From: Okeania sp.
GTDB taxonomy: Bacteria; Cyanobacteriota; Cyanobacteriia; Cyanobacteriales; Microcoleaceae
DNA: 32,000 nucleotides
Direction of reading: 5' to 3'
NCBI RefSeq assembly: GCF_035285525.1
Contig: NZ_JAYKGW010000244.1
Coordinates: forward strand, 19,424 to 51,423
Positions 1 to 10,525 of the stretch are shown here, one piece after another. Both the position numbers and the translations under genes were made by a program. Positions within the stretch are counted from its first letter, which is position 1. Every line of letters starts with the position of its first letter. The notes beneath the pieces were generated by a model. That model was not told the origin of the DNA. It saw nothing but the letters and a program-made list of their open reading frames with translations, and searched no databases.

Positions 1-822
1 CTCAATTGTGGCGTCATTGCTTGGAATGAATGGAGGGATAAAAATCTACATTTACAACCCGATTTTACTAATGCTAACTTAAGAGGTTTAAATTTAGAAG
101 GTGTTAATTTTCAAGGAGTAAATTTAACGGGAGCTAATCTATCTTTATGTAAACTGATTAATGCTAATTTTATAGATGCTAATTTAACTTCAGCAGAACT
201 GATTAATGCTAACTTAACTGCTACTAATCTTCAAGGTGCTAACTTAAGAAATGCTAATTTTATCTCTGCCGATCTCAGAAACGCTAATTTAAGTGAAGCG
301 GATTTAGTTAATGCTAATTTAATTGGAACTGACTTACAAAATTCTAATTGTCGATATGTTGATGGAACTTCTGCTAACCTGAGCAGAAGCAATTTAGCTA
401 ACGCAGATTTCAGAGAAACCAACTTCAGTTATGCTAATTTCAGTCATGCTAATCTTTATCAAACTGAATTAATTAAAGCATATTTTTACCAAGCTAATTT
501 ATACCATGCAAATCTAATTAGAGCTAGTCTAAGTAGGATTTATTTATCCAATTCTTCTTTAAGAGCAGCAAACCTTTATAGAGCAGATTTGAGATTTGCT
601 GAACTAAGAAAAGTTGACCTGCAAAACGCAAATTTACAAGAAACTTATTGCCGAAGTATTAATCTCAATCAAGCTATTTTAACTAGAGCAGATTTGAGAG
701 GAGCAAATTTGAGAGGAGCAGATTTGAGAAAAGTCGATCTTAGTGATGCTTTAATTGATAATATTAATCTTGTAGATGCTAATCTTCAGAAAGCAATTAT
801 GCCTGATAGTAAAATTAATTAG
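1..822 (+). CDS. Pentapeptide-repeat protein, 5' end cut by the window edge
   Basis: Frame +1 is open from nt 1 to TAG at 820-822; the track only lists the TTG-initiated tail 589-822. The translation is almost entirely A(N/D)(L/F)xx pentapeptide units (ANLRGLNLEGVNFQGVNLTGANL...ADLRGANLRGADLRKVDL), preceded by a WNEWR motif. Confidence 0.85.
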   Translation, partial: LNCGVIAWNEWRDKNLHLQPDFTNANLRGLNLEGVNFQGVNLTGANLSLCKLINANFIDANLTSAELINANLTATNLQGANLRNANFISADLRNANLSEADLVNANLIGTDLQNSNCRYVDGTSANLSRSNLANADFRETNFSYANFSHANLYQTELIKAYFYQANLYHANLIRASLSRIYLSNSSLRAANLYRADLRFAELRKVDLQNANLQETYCRSINLNQAILTRADLRGANLRGADLRKVDLSDALIDNINLVDANLQKAIMPDSKIN

Positions 823-1236
823 GGTCTGCTGAAAAAGTCTTGATCAGGAGATGGGGTGATGGGGAGAGGTAGGGAGTAATTTTTTTGCCCAACTATGCTA
901 TAAGCCCAAAACCCCCTCTTTTTTAAACCTTTTTGACCTAAAAGCTGACACTTTTTCCAGACTTAAAATTCCTAAAAACTTTGTCTGTAAAGGCTTTCAG
1001 TTTTATTCAGCCAGCCCTACTAATTAGGGTTGGCTCAAAAAAGCAGAACGTGGTCCGGGTGGGAACACAGAGGCAATAGGAAAAATTATTTTTCCTTGAT
1101 TTTTCTACCCTTGGTCTCCCTAAAATAAATCGTGACTTTATGATTTTTCGGGAACCGTGCTTAAGAAACCTAAAATCTGGTACTTTTTCCCGACCAGAAA
1201 ATGCTAAAAGCTTTATCTAGAAAGGCTTTTATATTT

Positions 1237-1280
1237 CCATACGCCAGCCCTAATTAGAGTTTGCGTATGGAAGTTTTTTT
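1237..1280 (+). terminator. Plus-strand Rho-independent terminator-like hairpin
   Basis: CCATACGC (1237-1244), an 18-nt loop, GCGTATGG (1263-1270), then AAG and T7. There is no U tract in the minus orientation. Confidence 0.5.
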
Positions 1281-1334
1281 GCTAGAGTAGAAAGTAGATA
1301 GGGACATTGCATCCAACGTCCCTTGATGTTTAAC

Positions 1335-1814
1335 TTATTCATTAGGACCATCTAGTATTTCTTGTACCTCAATATTAGTTTTACCTAAAATTCTGGCTAT
1401 AGGTGCTATTAAAGTGTTGTCTACTGGTTTGCCAGCATAAATATCCTTGAGCTCTTCAGGAGAAATTTTGTGAATATCACAGAATTTAATAAACTCATGG
1501 CCACTCACTTGTAGCTGATCTTGCCTTTCCCGCAGTAAAAGAGCGATCGCTCTTGGTCCATATTTAGGTCGTTCCGCTAAAGCTATATATTTCTGCATTA
1601 AGTCATTAACTCTCGTTCTTTTTCCTCCTACCCGTCGCAATAAATCCAGACAAGCTAATCTCAGAGCTTTGCGTAACCTTTCTTGCTCATTCATAACTTC
1701 GAGAATTTCCTCAGCATATTCGGGTTTACAAATGCCTACTAATTCTCCTTGATTTAAAATTGGCACATAGAAACCCATTCCACATTCCCAAGGTGATTCT
1801 TCTTTGGTCATCAT
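1335..1814 (-). CDS. Hypothetical protein (159 aa), possible helix-turn-helix-like C-terminal half
   Basis: Long ORF with non-repetitive, balanced composition that contains a HIP1 site like the other genuine CDSs here. I recognise no family. The C-terminal segment HEFIKFCDIHKISPEELKDIYAGKPVDNTLIAPIARILG loosely resembles an XRE-type HTH. Confidence 0.65.
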   Translation of the reverse strand: MMTKEESPWECGMGFYVPILNQGELVGICKPEYAEEILEVMNEQERLRKALRLACLDLLRRVGGKRTRVNDLMQKYIALAERPKYGPRAIALLLRERQDQLQVSGHEFIKFCDIHKISPEELKDIYAGKPVDNTLIAPIARILGKTNIEVQEILDGPNE

Positions 1815-1923
1815 GCCTAAGTCTCCCAGTTTTCTTGAACTTGCTAGAATCAGATTAATATACAGAACTTACACATTAACACTATTAGTAGTGGACTGTT
1901 TCATCTGAAATGATGCCATAAAT

Positions 1924-2065
1924 GTAGGTTTGGTTGAGGTACGAAACAAGGGCAAAAATTTTTCTCCCCTACTTCCTAATGCACTATTTTAGGTGAAATA
2001 ATCCATCAGTTAGCTTACTTCGTAACCCACCAAAACTCTATATATAGAGTCTTTGCGTCAGTCCT
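1924..2065. repeat. Composite dispersed repeat (GTAGGTTTGGTTGAGG arm, AATGCACTATTTTAGGTGAAA core, CTTTGCGTCAGTCCT end)
   Basis: The left part matches 24640-24740 and the right end matches the right ends of the AGGACT-family elements at 7460-7493 and 27850-27878. Confidence 0.55.
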
Positions 2066-2108
2066 GATGTACTAAGTTAATAGTTGCTAAATAAGTATTT
2101 TATTTTAT

Positions 2109-2133
2109 AAAAAAAACGAGAACTCTGTCCTCG
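2109..2133 (-). terminator. Rho-independent terminator candidate downstream of prfA
   Basis: Minus strand reads CGAGGAC-AGA-GUUCUCG (7-bp stem, one G.U) followed by U8, about 66 nt after the prfA stop codon. Confidence 0.6.
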
Positions 2134-2198
2134 CTTTTGGCTCGCAATTTCAGTTTAGATAAGTCATTCCACTTATCATAAAGTTAACCTAATGTCAA

Positions 2199-3371
<1,173 letters not shown>

Positions 3372-3650
3372 TTATGTTAATTATTGTCTGTGATATTTGA
3401 TAACTAAGTAAGTAAAACCTAAAGCCTCCTTTTTTCTTTCAATAAAGTAAGGATAGATAAGAAAAGAAGTTTCAGCTATTAGCTTTCAGCTAGCCACCTA
3501 AGGAACTGCGCAATTCAGCAATAAAAACCTCAACCTTAAGGAGGAAATTTCAACGAATAAAGAAAGTGAAAACTGAATTTTGTATCAGATAAAATTTCTG
3601 ATTTATCAGGAACCGTATCAGAAAGCTTTTATCTCAATCTAAAAGGAATA

Positions 3651-3685
3651 GCTGAGTGCTAAATGCTGACTTCTGAATGCTTACG
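3651..3685. repeat. Heptamer tandem array GCTGAGT-GCTAAAT-GCTGACT-TCTGAAT-GCTTACG
   Basis: Read directly; 7-nt periodicity of GCT, in the rpmE-prfA spacer. Confidence 0.8.
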
Positions 3686-3771
3686 TTTTAGATATTCTTG
3701 TATTCAGTTTCAGTAGAGGGTGCTGATCACTGAAATGACAGACAAATAATTAAGGACAATTGACATTCTAG

Positions 3772-4056
3772 CTATTTTTTACCCTTACCTTTTTTAGCTT
3801 TTTTAGCAGCTTTAGCTTTACTAGGCTTGGTAGATTTAGAATCACCACCCTCTTGTTTACTATATTTACGCATAAATCTTTCAACTCTTCCCTCAGTATC
3901 AATAATTTTCTGAGTACCTGTAAAATAGGGATGATTTCCTGACCAAACATCAACATGAATTTCAGGTTGTGTAGAACCAATTGTCATTACAACTTCACCG
4001 TTACAATAAACTTTTGCTTCTGGATACCATTGAGGATGAATACCAGTTTTAGGCAT
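3772..4056 (-). CDS. rpmE: 50S ribosomal protein L31
   Basis: MPKTGIHPQWYPEAKVYCNGEVV... is a typical L31 N-terminus; lysine-rich tail. Confidence 0.95.
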   Translation of the reverse strand: MPKTGIHPQWYPEAKVYCNGEVVMTIGSTQPEIHVDVWSGNHPYFTGTQKIIDTEGRVERFMRKYSKQEGGDSKSTKPSKAKAAKKAKKGKGKK

Positions 4057-4783
4057 TTTTTTTACTCTACTTAAATTACAAATATTTTTACTTTTAACTT
4101 TTTTAATTCTAGAAAATAGTTCTTTAATAGAATTTAATTAATCATCTGATTTACACTTCTTTTTATCATATCAAATTGTTTGCCGATTCTGACAAAACAA
4201 TAGGTGATAATTGACAAATTAATAAAGAACCCAGTAGGGTGTGTTAGCCAAGCTTAACGTACCATCTTTTAGAAATGATTTATCCCACAGATTACTCGAT
4301 AATTAATTTCTTATGTTATTTTTGAATTAATTTAATAGTGGTGCGTTACGGAAGTACGCCTAACAAACCCTACCGAACTGTTTCAGCTTAAATGGTGCAT
4401 TAGGGAGTAGGGGAGTAGGGGAGAAACATTTTTGTAACCTACAGCTATTGCACTATTTAAAGTGAAACAATGCATTACTAGACTGACACAGCTAATGAGT
4501 GTGCAATAGCTTTTTTAGTAATCCCCCATCCCCCCTTTCAAAGGGTGGCTAGGGGGATGGAAGGGGGTTGGGGGGTTAGGTTTTTGCTCTTCACATTTTC
4601 AAGTTTGACGCGCCAGTACCAAACTATGGTAATACTTTGAGCAAATTAAGATTGCTATTATATACAGCAGATTCTAAGCATAACAAAGTACAGATTTAAT
4701 AATTAAATCTTCTCAGTAGGACTTTTCGGGAACCGTGCATCTTGCTCTCCTGGGTATACCTCACTACAATGGAATTTGCTATA

Positions 4784-5194
4784 TTAACGTTTGGAGTATT
4801 GAGATGCTTTACGCGCTTTGCGTAAACCATACTTTTTCCGTTCCTTAGCACGGGGGTCGCGAGTCAAATATCCTTCTATCTTTAGAGGTTTACGATTTTC
4901 TGGATCTAGCTGACACAAAGCTCTAGCTACACCCAATCTAATCGACTCAGCTTGTCCTGTTAGTCCACCTCCTGTAGCCTTAACTAGAATGTCATATTCA
5001 TTTTCCAAACCTAAAGTTTCTAGTGGAGCTTTAGCAGATGTTAAATAACTATGATTATACTGTAGGTACAGTTCACCTTCTTTACCATTAATAATTAATT
5101 TGCCTGTACCTGGAACTAAACGTACTGATGCCACCGAAGATTTACGACGGCCAGTACCCCAATACATAGCACGGCCACTATCTGTTCCTTGCAT
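4784..5194 (-). CDS. rpsI: 30S ribosomal protein S9
   Basis: 136 aa with S9 C-terminus ...RKASQYSKR. The start overlaps the rplM stop (TAATG). Confidence 0.97.
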   Translation of the reverse strand: MQGTDSGRAMYWGTGRRKSSVASVRLVPGTGKLIINGKEGELYLQYNHSYLTSAKAPLETLGLENEYDILVKATGGGLTGQAESIRLGVARALCQLDPENRKPLKIEGYLTRDPRAKERKKYGLRKARKASQYSKR

Positions 5195-5649
5195 TATACT
5201 TTTCCTCCTGGAATAGTTGTAATAGTTAATTTTTCTGGTTGTTGAGCTTCGTGAGGGTGGTCAGGTCCAGGATAAACTTTTAATCTGTTGTGCAGTCTTC
5301 TACCCAAAGAATTTTTGGGTAGCATCCCGAAAACTGCCTCTTCTATAATTCTTTGAGGTAAACGAACTTGTAATTTAGAAAAAACTTCTGTTTTCATACC
5401 ACCTGGTCTTCCCGAATGGCGACGATAAAGTTTCTGACTACTTTTTTTACCAGTTACGGTTACTTTTTCGGCATTAACTACAATTACAAAGTCTCCTGTA
5501 TCCAGATGAGGAGTATAAGTAGGTTTATTTTTTCCCCTAATAATCATGGCAATAGCAGTTGCCAATCTTCCTAAACGCTGACCTTCAGCATCAATAACAT
5601 ACCATTTTTTGCCATCAACATCCTCTTTAGGCAAGTAAGTTTTATTCAT
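5194..5649 (-). CDS. rplM: 50S ribosomal protein L13
   Basis: 151 aa; [18 protein letters not shown]... is the L13 signature region. Confidence 0.97.
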   Translation of the reverse strand: MNKTYLPKEDVDGKKWYVIDAEGQRLGRLATAIAMIIRGKNKPTYTPHLDTGDFVIVVNAEKVTVTGKKSSQKLYRRHSGRPGGMKTEVFSKLQVRLPQRIIEEAVFGMLPKNSLGRRLHNRLKVYPGPDHPHEAQQPEKLTITTIPGGKV

Positions 5650-5804
5650 AATTTTCTTTGTTAGTTATTGTTTTTAAATTATTTGTATAGCAATCCTGAA
5701 TAGATTGTAATGTTTTATTGTAGGGGTTTGGTCTCCAAGCCCAAGCACAAATTGGTGTAGTGAGCAAACCTATACAATTTTTTTTCACAAGTCATTTCAT
5801 ATTC

Positions 5805-5905
5805 AGGACTAAAGCCATGGGAACCCAGAAACCTGGTTTCTCATAGATTTTTATTCTCAAAAACAATGATTTACCCTAGAAACCGGGTTTCTTTGCGTAA
5901 GTCTT
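5805..5905. mobile_element. AGGACT-family MITE-like element (CCCAGAAACC subfamily), rplM-truA spacer
   Basis: AGGACTAAAGCCATGGGAACCCAGAAACCTGGTTTC ... GAAACCGGGTTTCTTTGCGTAAGTCTT. The terminal inverted repeats are AGGACT(A/T)A(A/C)GC. Near-identical ends occur at 13802-13903. Confidence 0.65.
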
Positions 5906-6008
5906 GATATTGCTACAGTAGTGGTGCATTGGAATTATTTTTTTGCCAGATATAGAATTAAATTTAGAGAATCTTGCTCCCATAACCAGGATTACCTATT
6001 CCTATCAA

Positions 6009-6827
6009 TTAAGAAAGGATAAATTTGGGCATACTATCATACCATATCTCTTGAGGAAAAGGAAATTCTGGGTAACCGACCCGCAATAAACAAAGACCAC
6101 TAGCTGGAGCTGAATGCTTGACAAATTCCCTTCTTTGATTTATCCAAATATCTGTAAAACTTTCCAGCGATCGCTCTTTTTGACCTACTTGAATCAGTAA
6201 CCCCACCAATAACCGCATCATTCCATACAGAAATCCACTTGCTTGAACCTCTATATGAATAAATGGACCTTCTCTTTGACAATTAACCTCTTGCACATCT
6301 ACCCAAGAATGGGGACGAGAAGAACCAGCTTTTTGAAAAGCAGCTAAATGATGACGGCCAATTAAAGGATTCAAAGCTGCTTGAATTAATAGTGGGTCTA
6401 AATCTGCTTGATAGTAATGCCAAACAAAAGGTATCACAAACAAATTAGGTCGTTTATCTGTATATATAGTATATCGATAACGTCGCCAAATCGCTGTAAA
6501 CCGAGAATGCCAGGTAGATTCTACTTGAGCCGATCCTCTAATCAAGATATCATTATTCAATCGTGAATTGAGGATAGTAGCCCATTTTTCCGCCGGAATG
6601 GGGCCGGAAACATCAAAATGAGCTACCTGAGCTGCTGCATGGACTCCCGCATCCGTTCTACCTGCCCCATGTAAAGTTACAGGTTGATTAGTCACAGAAG
6701 AGATAGTATTTTCAATTTCTTCTTGTACGGTTCGTTGATTTGGCTGCCTTTGCCAGCCATGAAAATTAGTACCTTGATATTGAATTACAAGAGCAACGCG
6801 CTGGACTAAAGTTTGTTTATTAGCCAT
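6009..6827 (-). CDS. truA: tRNA pseudouridine(38-40) synthase TruA
   Basis: 272 aa; N-terminal VALVIQYQGTNFHGWQRQ and GAGRTDAGVHA catalytic-Asp motif. Sits at the conserved position between rplQ and rplM. Confidence 0.93.
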   Translation of the reverse strand: MANKQTLVQRVALVIQYQGTNFHGWQRQPNQRTVQEEIENTISSVTNQPVTLHGAGRTDAGVHAAAQVAHFDVSGPIPAEKWATILNSRLNNDILIRGSAQVESTWHSRFTAIWRRYRYTIYTDKRPNLFVIPFVWHYYQADLDPLLIQAALNPLIGRHHLAAFQKAGSSRPHSWVDVQEVNCQREGPFIHIEVQASGFLYGMMRLLVGLLIQVGQKERSLESFTDIWINQRREFVKHSAPASGLCLLRVGYPEFPFPQEIWYDSMPKFILS

Positions 6828-6960
6828 CAGAGATTTGCAGTTTCCAAAGCTGGCTTTGCTGAATAAATATATTATTTTAGAGGATTCAGGATCTAGAAAG
6901 TAGTTTTTTCCTAGTCAGACAGTTAGAAGGAAAATCTGTCTGATTTATATTTTATAGATA

Positions 6961-7162
6961 TATAGAACCCCTAACTGTATCTTTACAAAGGTGTGTTTTT
7001 TTGCCAAAGAAGTAAGTCAGGAGTCAACCCACCCCTAACCCTGACCATGGAGGGGAAATAGGGAAAAACCTAGAATTAGAGCCTTATATTCACCATCTCC
7101 CCATCTCCCCATCTCCCCCCATCTCCCCAACTAATTTTGGAGACCTGTTTAGGGGTTCTATA
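6961..7162. mobile_element. MITE-like element with perfect 14-bp inverted ends TATAGAACCCCTAA, carrying an octamer array
   Basis: TATAGAACCCCTAA at 6961-6974 and its exact reverse complement at 7149-7162. The interior contains ATCTCCCC x4. Confidence 0.5.
7095..7128. repeat. Octamer array ATCTCCCC x4 (GGGGAGAT on the operon sense strand)
   Basis: Read directly; four C4-C6 tracts separated by ATCT. Confidence 0.85.
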
Positions 7163-7293
7163 GATATAGGAATTTTATACCTAAAATCAGCAATGCCTTG
7201 CTCGACATTAATTTTTGACTTTGATATAAATGATATGGTAAGCTTATCTAGTTTAGTCTAGCACTGTTTGAGAAGACCTACAAAGATAAATTT

Positions 7294-7337
7294 TGATATA
7301 GCATTAAAAACTATAACGTTATAGTTTTGAGTCTTTC
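7294..7337. repeat. Direct repeat copy 1 (44 nt) containing the perfect 22-bp palindrome AAAACTATAACGTTATAGTTTT
   Basis: 43/44 identical to 7497-7540; palindrome at 7307-7328. Confidence 0.9.
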
Positions 7338-7382
7338 CAGCCTAGTTAATTTACCATTGCTTGAGCCAGACTTAACTGTGAT

Positions 7383-7493
7383 AGGACTAAAGCCATGAAC
7401 GCTACTGGTAGGGTTTGTTTCGCTGCGCGACATGAAAAGCGCACAAAGCACAAGGCAGCAAGACTCTATATCTAGTTACTTTGCGTAAGTCCT
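7383..7493. mobile_element. AGGACT-family MITE-like element (CATGAACGCT subfamily), truA-rplQ spacer
   Basis: AGGACTAAAGCCATGAACGCTACTGGTAGGGT ... ACTCTATATCTAGTTACTTTGCGTAAGTCCT. Both ends match 27726-27878 and, inverted, 15545-15634. Confidence 0.7.
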
Positions 7494-7496
7494 GTG

Positions 7497-7540
7497 TGAT
7501 ATAACATTAAAAACTATAACGTTATAGTTTTGAGTCTTTC
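7497..7540. repeat. Direct repeat copy 2 (44 nt) with the same 22-bp palindrome
   Basis: 43/44 identical to 7294-7337, offset 203 bp. It starts 3 nt after the MITE end. Confidence 0.9.
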
Positions 7541-7578
7541 AAACTTAACAATGGGCAAACTCTGACGTTTTCCTTGAC

Positions 7579-7929
7579 TTAAATCAATTCAATAATTGCC
7601 ATCTCTGCATTATCTCCACGACGAGGAACAGTTCTCAAAATACGAGTATATCCCCCATTGCGAGAACCATATCTATCTTCTACCTGAGCAAATAAAGTGT
7701 GAACAAGCTGTTTATCATAGAGATAACCTAAAGCACGACGGCGAGCTGCTAAAGAACCATCCTTTGCCAAAGTAATCATTCTTTCAACTTCTGACTGTAC
7801 AGCTTTAGCACGAGCTTTAGTAGTAGTAATTCTACCATGACGAATTAATTGAGTGGCTAGCGATCGCAAGAGAGCGCGACGCTGGTCTGCTGGTTTACCT
7901 AACTGGGGAACACGACGACTATGACGCAT
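7579..7929 (-). CDS. rplQ: 50S ribosomal protein L17
   Basis: 116 aa; [37 protein letters not shown]. Confidence 0.97.
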   Translation of the reverse strand: MRHSRRVPQLGKPADQRRALLRSLATQLIRHGRITTTKARAKAVQSEVERMITLAKDGSLAARRRALGYLYDKQLVHTLFAQVEDRYGSRNGGYTRILRTVPRRGDNAEMAIIELI

Positions 7930-8385
7930 AACTACATTAATAATATTTTAGATGGTATTTAGAATTAGTTTCCTCCTACTTTATACTCAGAGTTTAACTA
8001 ATTTAATTGTTCAAGTTTAAAATGAATAGCTTGGTAAGCATTTCCTGGGTCATGCTGCGCAAACAGCCTTTAGCTAAAAGCGATCAGCTATTGGTTTTAG
8101 TGAGTAACCCAAAGCTTTATTAATTGAGCTAGAATAGTTGGGCTATAAAAATCAGTTCCACAGTCTATATTCATTTAAACCTCGTCCTTAAGTATAGGGT
8201 ACTATTGCTGTTAACGTTTCGCTGCGCGACATGAATGCGTAGCATGACCTAGGAAAGTTCCGACCCACGAGGCTAGCTGATGGCTAATAACTGAATGCTT
8301 GGATAGCTTCTTCAATTATTTAAACTTTTTGTCTCCTTTTTTCATTGATTTTTTCTGGAAATTAAAACTGATTAAAAGCAGTTTT

Positions 8386-9351
8386 CTAGTTAGCTTTAGC
8401 AACCTTTTCTCTTGGTAAAGTTATTCCCAAGCGTTTTTGTAAAGCTTCTATCACTTCATCAGCAGACTTCTGACCAAAGTTCTTAATTTCTAACAAATCT
8501 TCTTGACTATAATCAAGTAAATCTGCAACGGAATTAATTTGCGCTCTTTTCAGACAATTATAAGCACGAACCGATAGCTGTAATTCTTCTATAGGAATTT
8601 GACTTGTTGGGTCTGTCGGTTCTCCTGATGGAGCGTCTGTCATATTAGTGATATCTTTCAGTGGTTCAAACAAACTCATTAAGATACCAGCAGCATTACT
8701 CAACGCATCTTGAGGAGTATAACTGCCATTAGTCCAAATATCTATAATTAGCCTGTCTTGTCGTAAAGAACCACCCACAAGAGCATCCTCAACAGTATAA
8801 TTAACCTTACGAACTGGCATAAAAATGGCATCTATTTGCAGAAAATCTAGAGCAGTAATATCATCACGACTACGATTTACAGCTCTATAACCAGTTCCTT
8901 TTTCAATTCTAAACTCCATCTCCAGAACCGAACCTGGAGATAAAGTAGCGATATATTGACTACGATCAATAACTTCAACCTCTGAAGGTACATCAAATCG
9001 ATCAGCAGTTACAGTCGCAGGCCCTTCCATCCTTAATCTCCCAATTTGTGGTTGACTAGAATGACTTTTCAGAACCACCTCTTTCATGTTCAGTAAAATT
9101 TCTAGGACATCCTCTCTTACCCCCTTAATAGTGGCAAATTCGTGATTAACTCCCGCTATCCTAACTGATGTAACTGCTGTTCCTTCTAAATTAGCTAGAA
9201 GAACCCGCCTCAGAGCATTTCCTACTGTTGTACCTTGACCACGAGCTAGTGGTTCTATCACAAACTTTCCATACTGACTCCGATCTTTGTCCGTTCTGGA
9301 CTCTACACACTCGTAATGAAATTGCGCCACTGAGTAACCTCCCTTCTCCAT
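8386..9351 (-). CDS. rpoA: DNA-directed RNA polymerase subunit alpha
   Basis: 321-aa ORF; GQGTTVGNALRRVLL and the C-terminal domain (LSVRAYNCLKRA) are present. The true start is probably the GTG at 9330 (VAQFHYECVES...), because GGAGAAGGGAGG lies just upstream of it inside the track ORF. Confidence 0.95.
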   Translation of the reverse strand: MEKGGYSVAQFHYECVESRTDKDRSQYGKFVIEPLARGQGTTVGNALRRVLLANLEGTAVTSVRIAGVNHEFATIKGVREDVLEILLNMKEVVLKSHSSQPQIGRLRMEGPATVTADRFDVPSEVEVIDRSQYIATLSPGSVLEMEFRIEKGTGYRAVNRSRDDITALDFLQIDAIFMPVRKVNYTVEDALVGGSLRQDRLIIDIWTNGSYTPQDALSNAAGILMSLFEPLKDITNMTDAPSGEPTDPTSQIPIEELQLSVRAYNCLKRAQINSVADLLDYSQEDLLEIKNFGQKSADEVIEALQKRLGITLPREKVAKAN

Positions 9352-9375
9352 AAACCCTAGAGTTAATAATTTCGA

Positions 9376-9771
9376 TTAGACTCTACGCCGTTTTGGGGCA
9401 CGGCAACCATTATGAGGAATTGGGGTAATATCTCGAATTAATGTTATTTCTAGCCCCGCCCCCTGTAAAGCTCTAATTGCTGTTTCTCTTCCTGCCCCTG
9501 GACCACTTACCATTACTTGAACCTGGCGCATTCCTTGATCGTTAGCTCGGCGTGCGGCGCTTTCTGCTGCTGTTTGGGCGGCAAAGGGGGTTCCTTTTTT
9601 CGCCCCTTTGAAACCACTGGAACCTGCTGATGCCCAAGAAATTACTTCACCGTTTTGGTCAGCAATGGTTACAATTGTGTTATTGAAGGTGGAAGTGATG
9701 TAAGCCACTCCACTGGGCACATTCTTTTTTTGCTTTTTTGGACCTGATTTTTTAGTTGGTTGTCGTGCCAT
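9376..9771 (-). CDS. rpsK: 30S ribosomal protein S11
   Basis: 131 aa; [18 protein letters not shown] motif. Confidence 0.97.
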   Translation of the reverse strand: MARQPTKKSGPKKQKKNVPSGVAYITSTFNNTIVTIADQNGEVISWASAGSSGFKGAKKGTPFAAQTAAESAARRANDQGMRQVQVMVSGPGAGRETAIRALQGAGLEITLIRDITPIPHNGCRAPKRRRV

Positions 9772-10395
9772 ATTTTTTTATGAGTGGAATATCTAGTTAA
9801 TAATCTACTTTGAGCAACAAGCTGGTAGATTAAGTTCTAATCTCATCAGATTTTTTGTTCAGTATCCTGAAATTTTTGTTTTTTAGAATCTTAGGGATTA
9901 GAAATATTTCTATTGGTTAGAAATGAGGGTGAAATTAGGTTTATAGCAATTCCCGTTGTTATGAGGTAAATTTATCATCCTCCTAAATCCCCCTTTGAAA
10001 GGGGGAGTTTGATTTTTTTATCCCTCCTTTCCAAGGAAGCAAGGGGGATTTTTTATGTTAAAGAACTGCTATATCAAAATTATTATAAAGATAATAATGT
10101 TAATCAACCTTATTTCTTTTTAGGTGCATAAATTGTAGAACTAATTCTACAATTTTTACCAAACCTAAAATAGCTAAGATTTTAGTCTGCTTCTTGGTTA
10201 ATTTTCCTGACTTACGAAATCTATAAAGTTGACGAGTCAGAAATTTTTATCTTATGCAGAATAGCTGTACCTTTATCAGAATAATTGACTCTTCAAGTTG
10301 GCAATTTCATTCAATTAAGCTCATATCAATCTGAATGAGTTATCTTAACTATTTTTCCTTAAAGATGAATCTAAGACCAGGAAATGTTTTTCTAA

Positions 10396-10416
10396 CTGTT
10401 CCCTGTTCCCTGTTCC
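10396..10416. repeat. Heptamer array CTGTTCC x3
   Basis: Read directly, in the 754-bp rpsM-rpsK spacer. Confidence 0.85.
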
Positions 10417-10525
10417 CCAATTAATTTCAATTATTCATAATATTAGTTCGTTAGTCTGGCTCTGGATTGACAGTATAAATATTTGTAGTCAATTAAACTA
10501 TATACAATTCAGACTCAGCCAACTT

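Noticed and set aside
231-422. 63-aa minus-strand ORF
   Set aside because: It is antisense to the pentapeptide-repeat gene. The periodic AT-rich repeat keeps the opposite strand open, and its product is just the mirrored repeat.
7294-7540. Possible CRISPR array (repeat-spacer-repeat), also considered for 14615-14904
   Set aside because: There are only two repeat copies each. The intervening sequence is a known dispersed MITE, the spacing is about 200 bp rather than 30-40 bp, and there are no cas genes in the window.
9772-10525. A missing gene (for example rpsD) hidden in the 754-bp rpsM-rpsK spacer
   Set aside because: No ORF of 60 aa or more is present on either strand. The segment is AT-rich with the CCCCCTTTGAAAGGGGG-type repeat, a CTGTTCC heptamer array and an AAATTGTAGAA hairpin. 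Also, rpsD is normally unlinked to this cluster in cyanobacteria.
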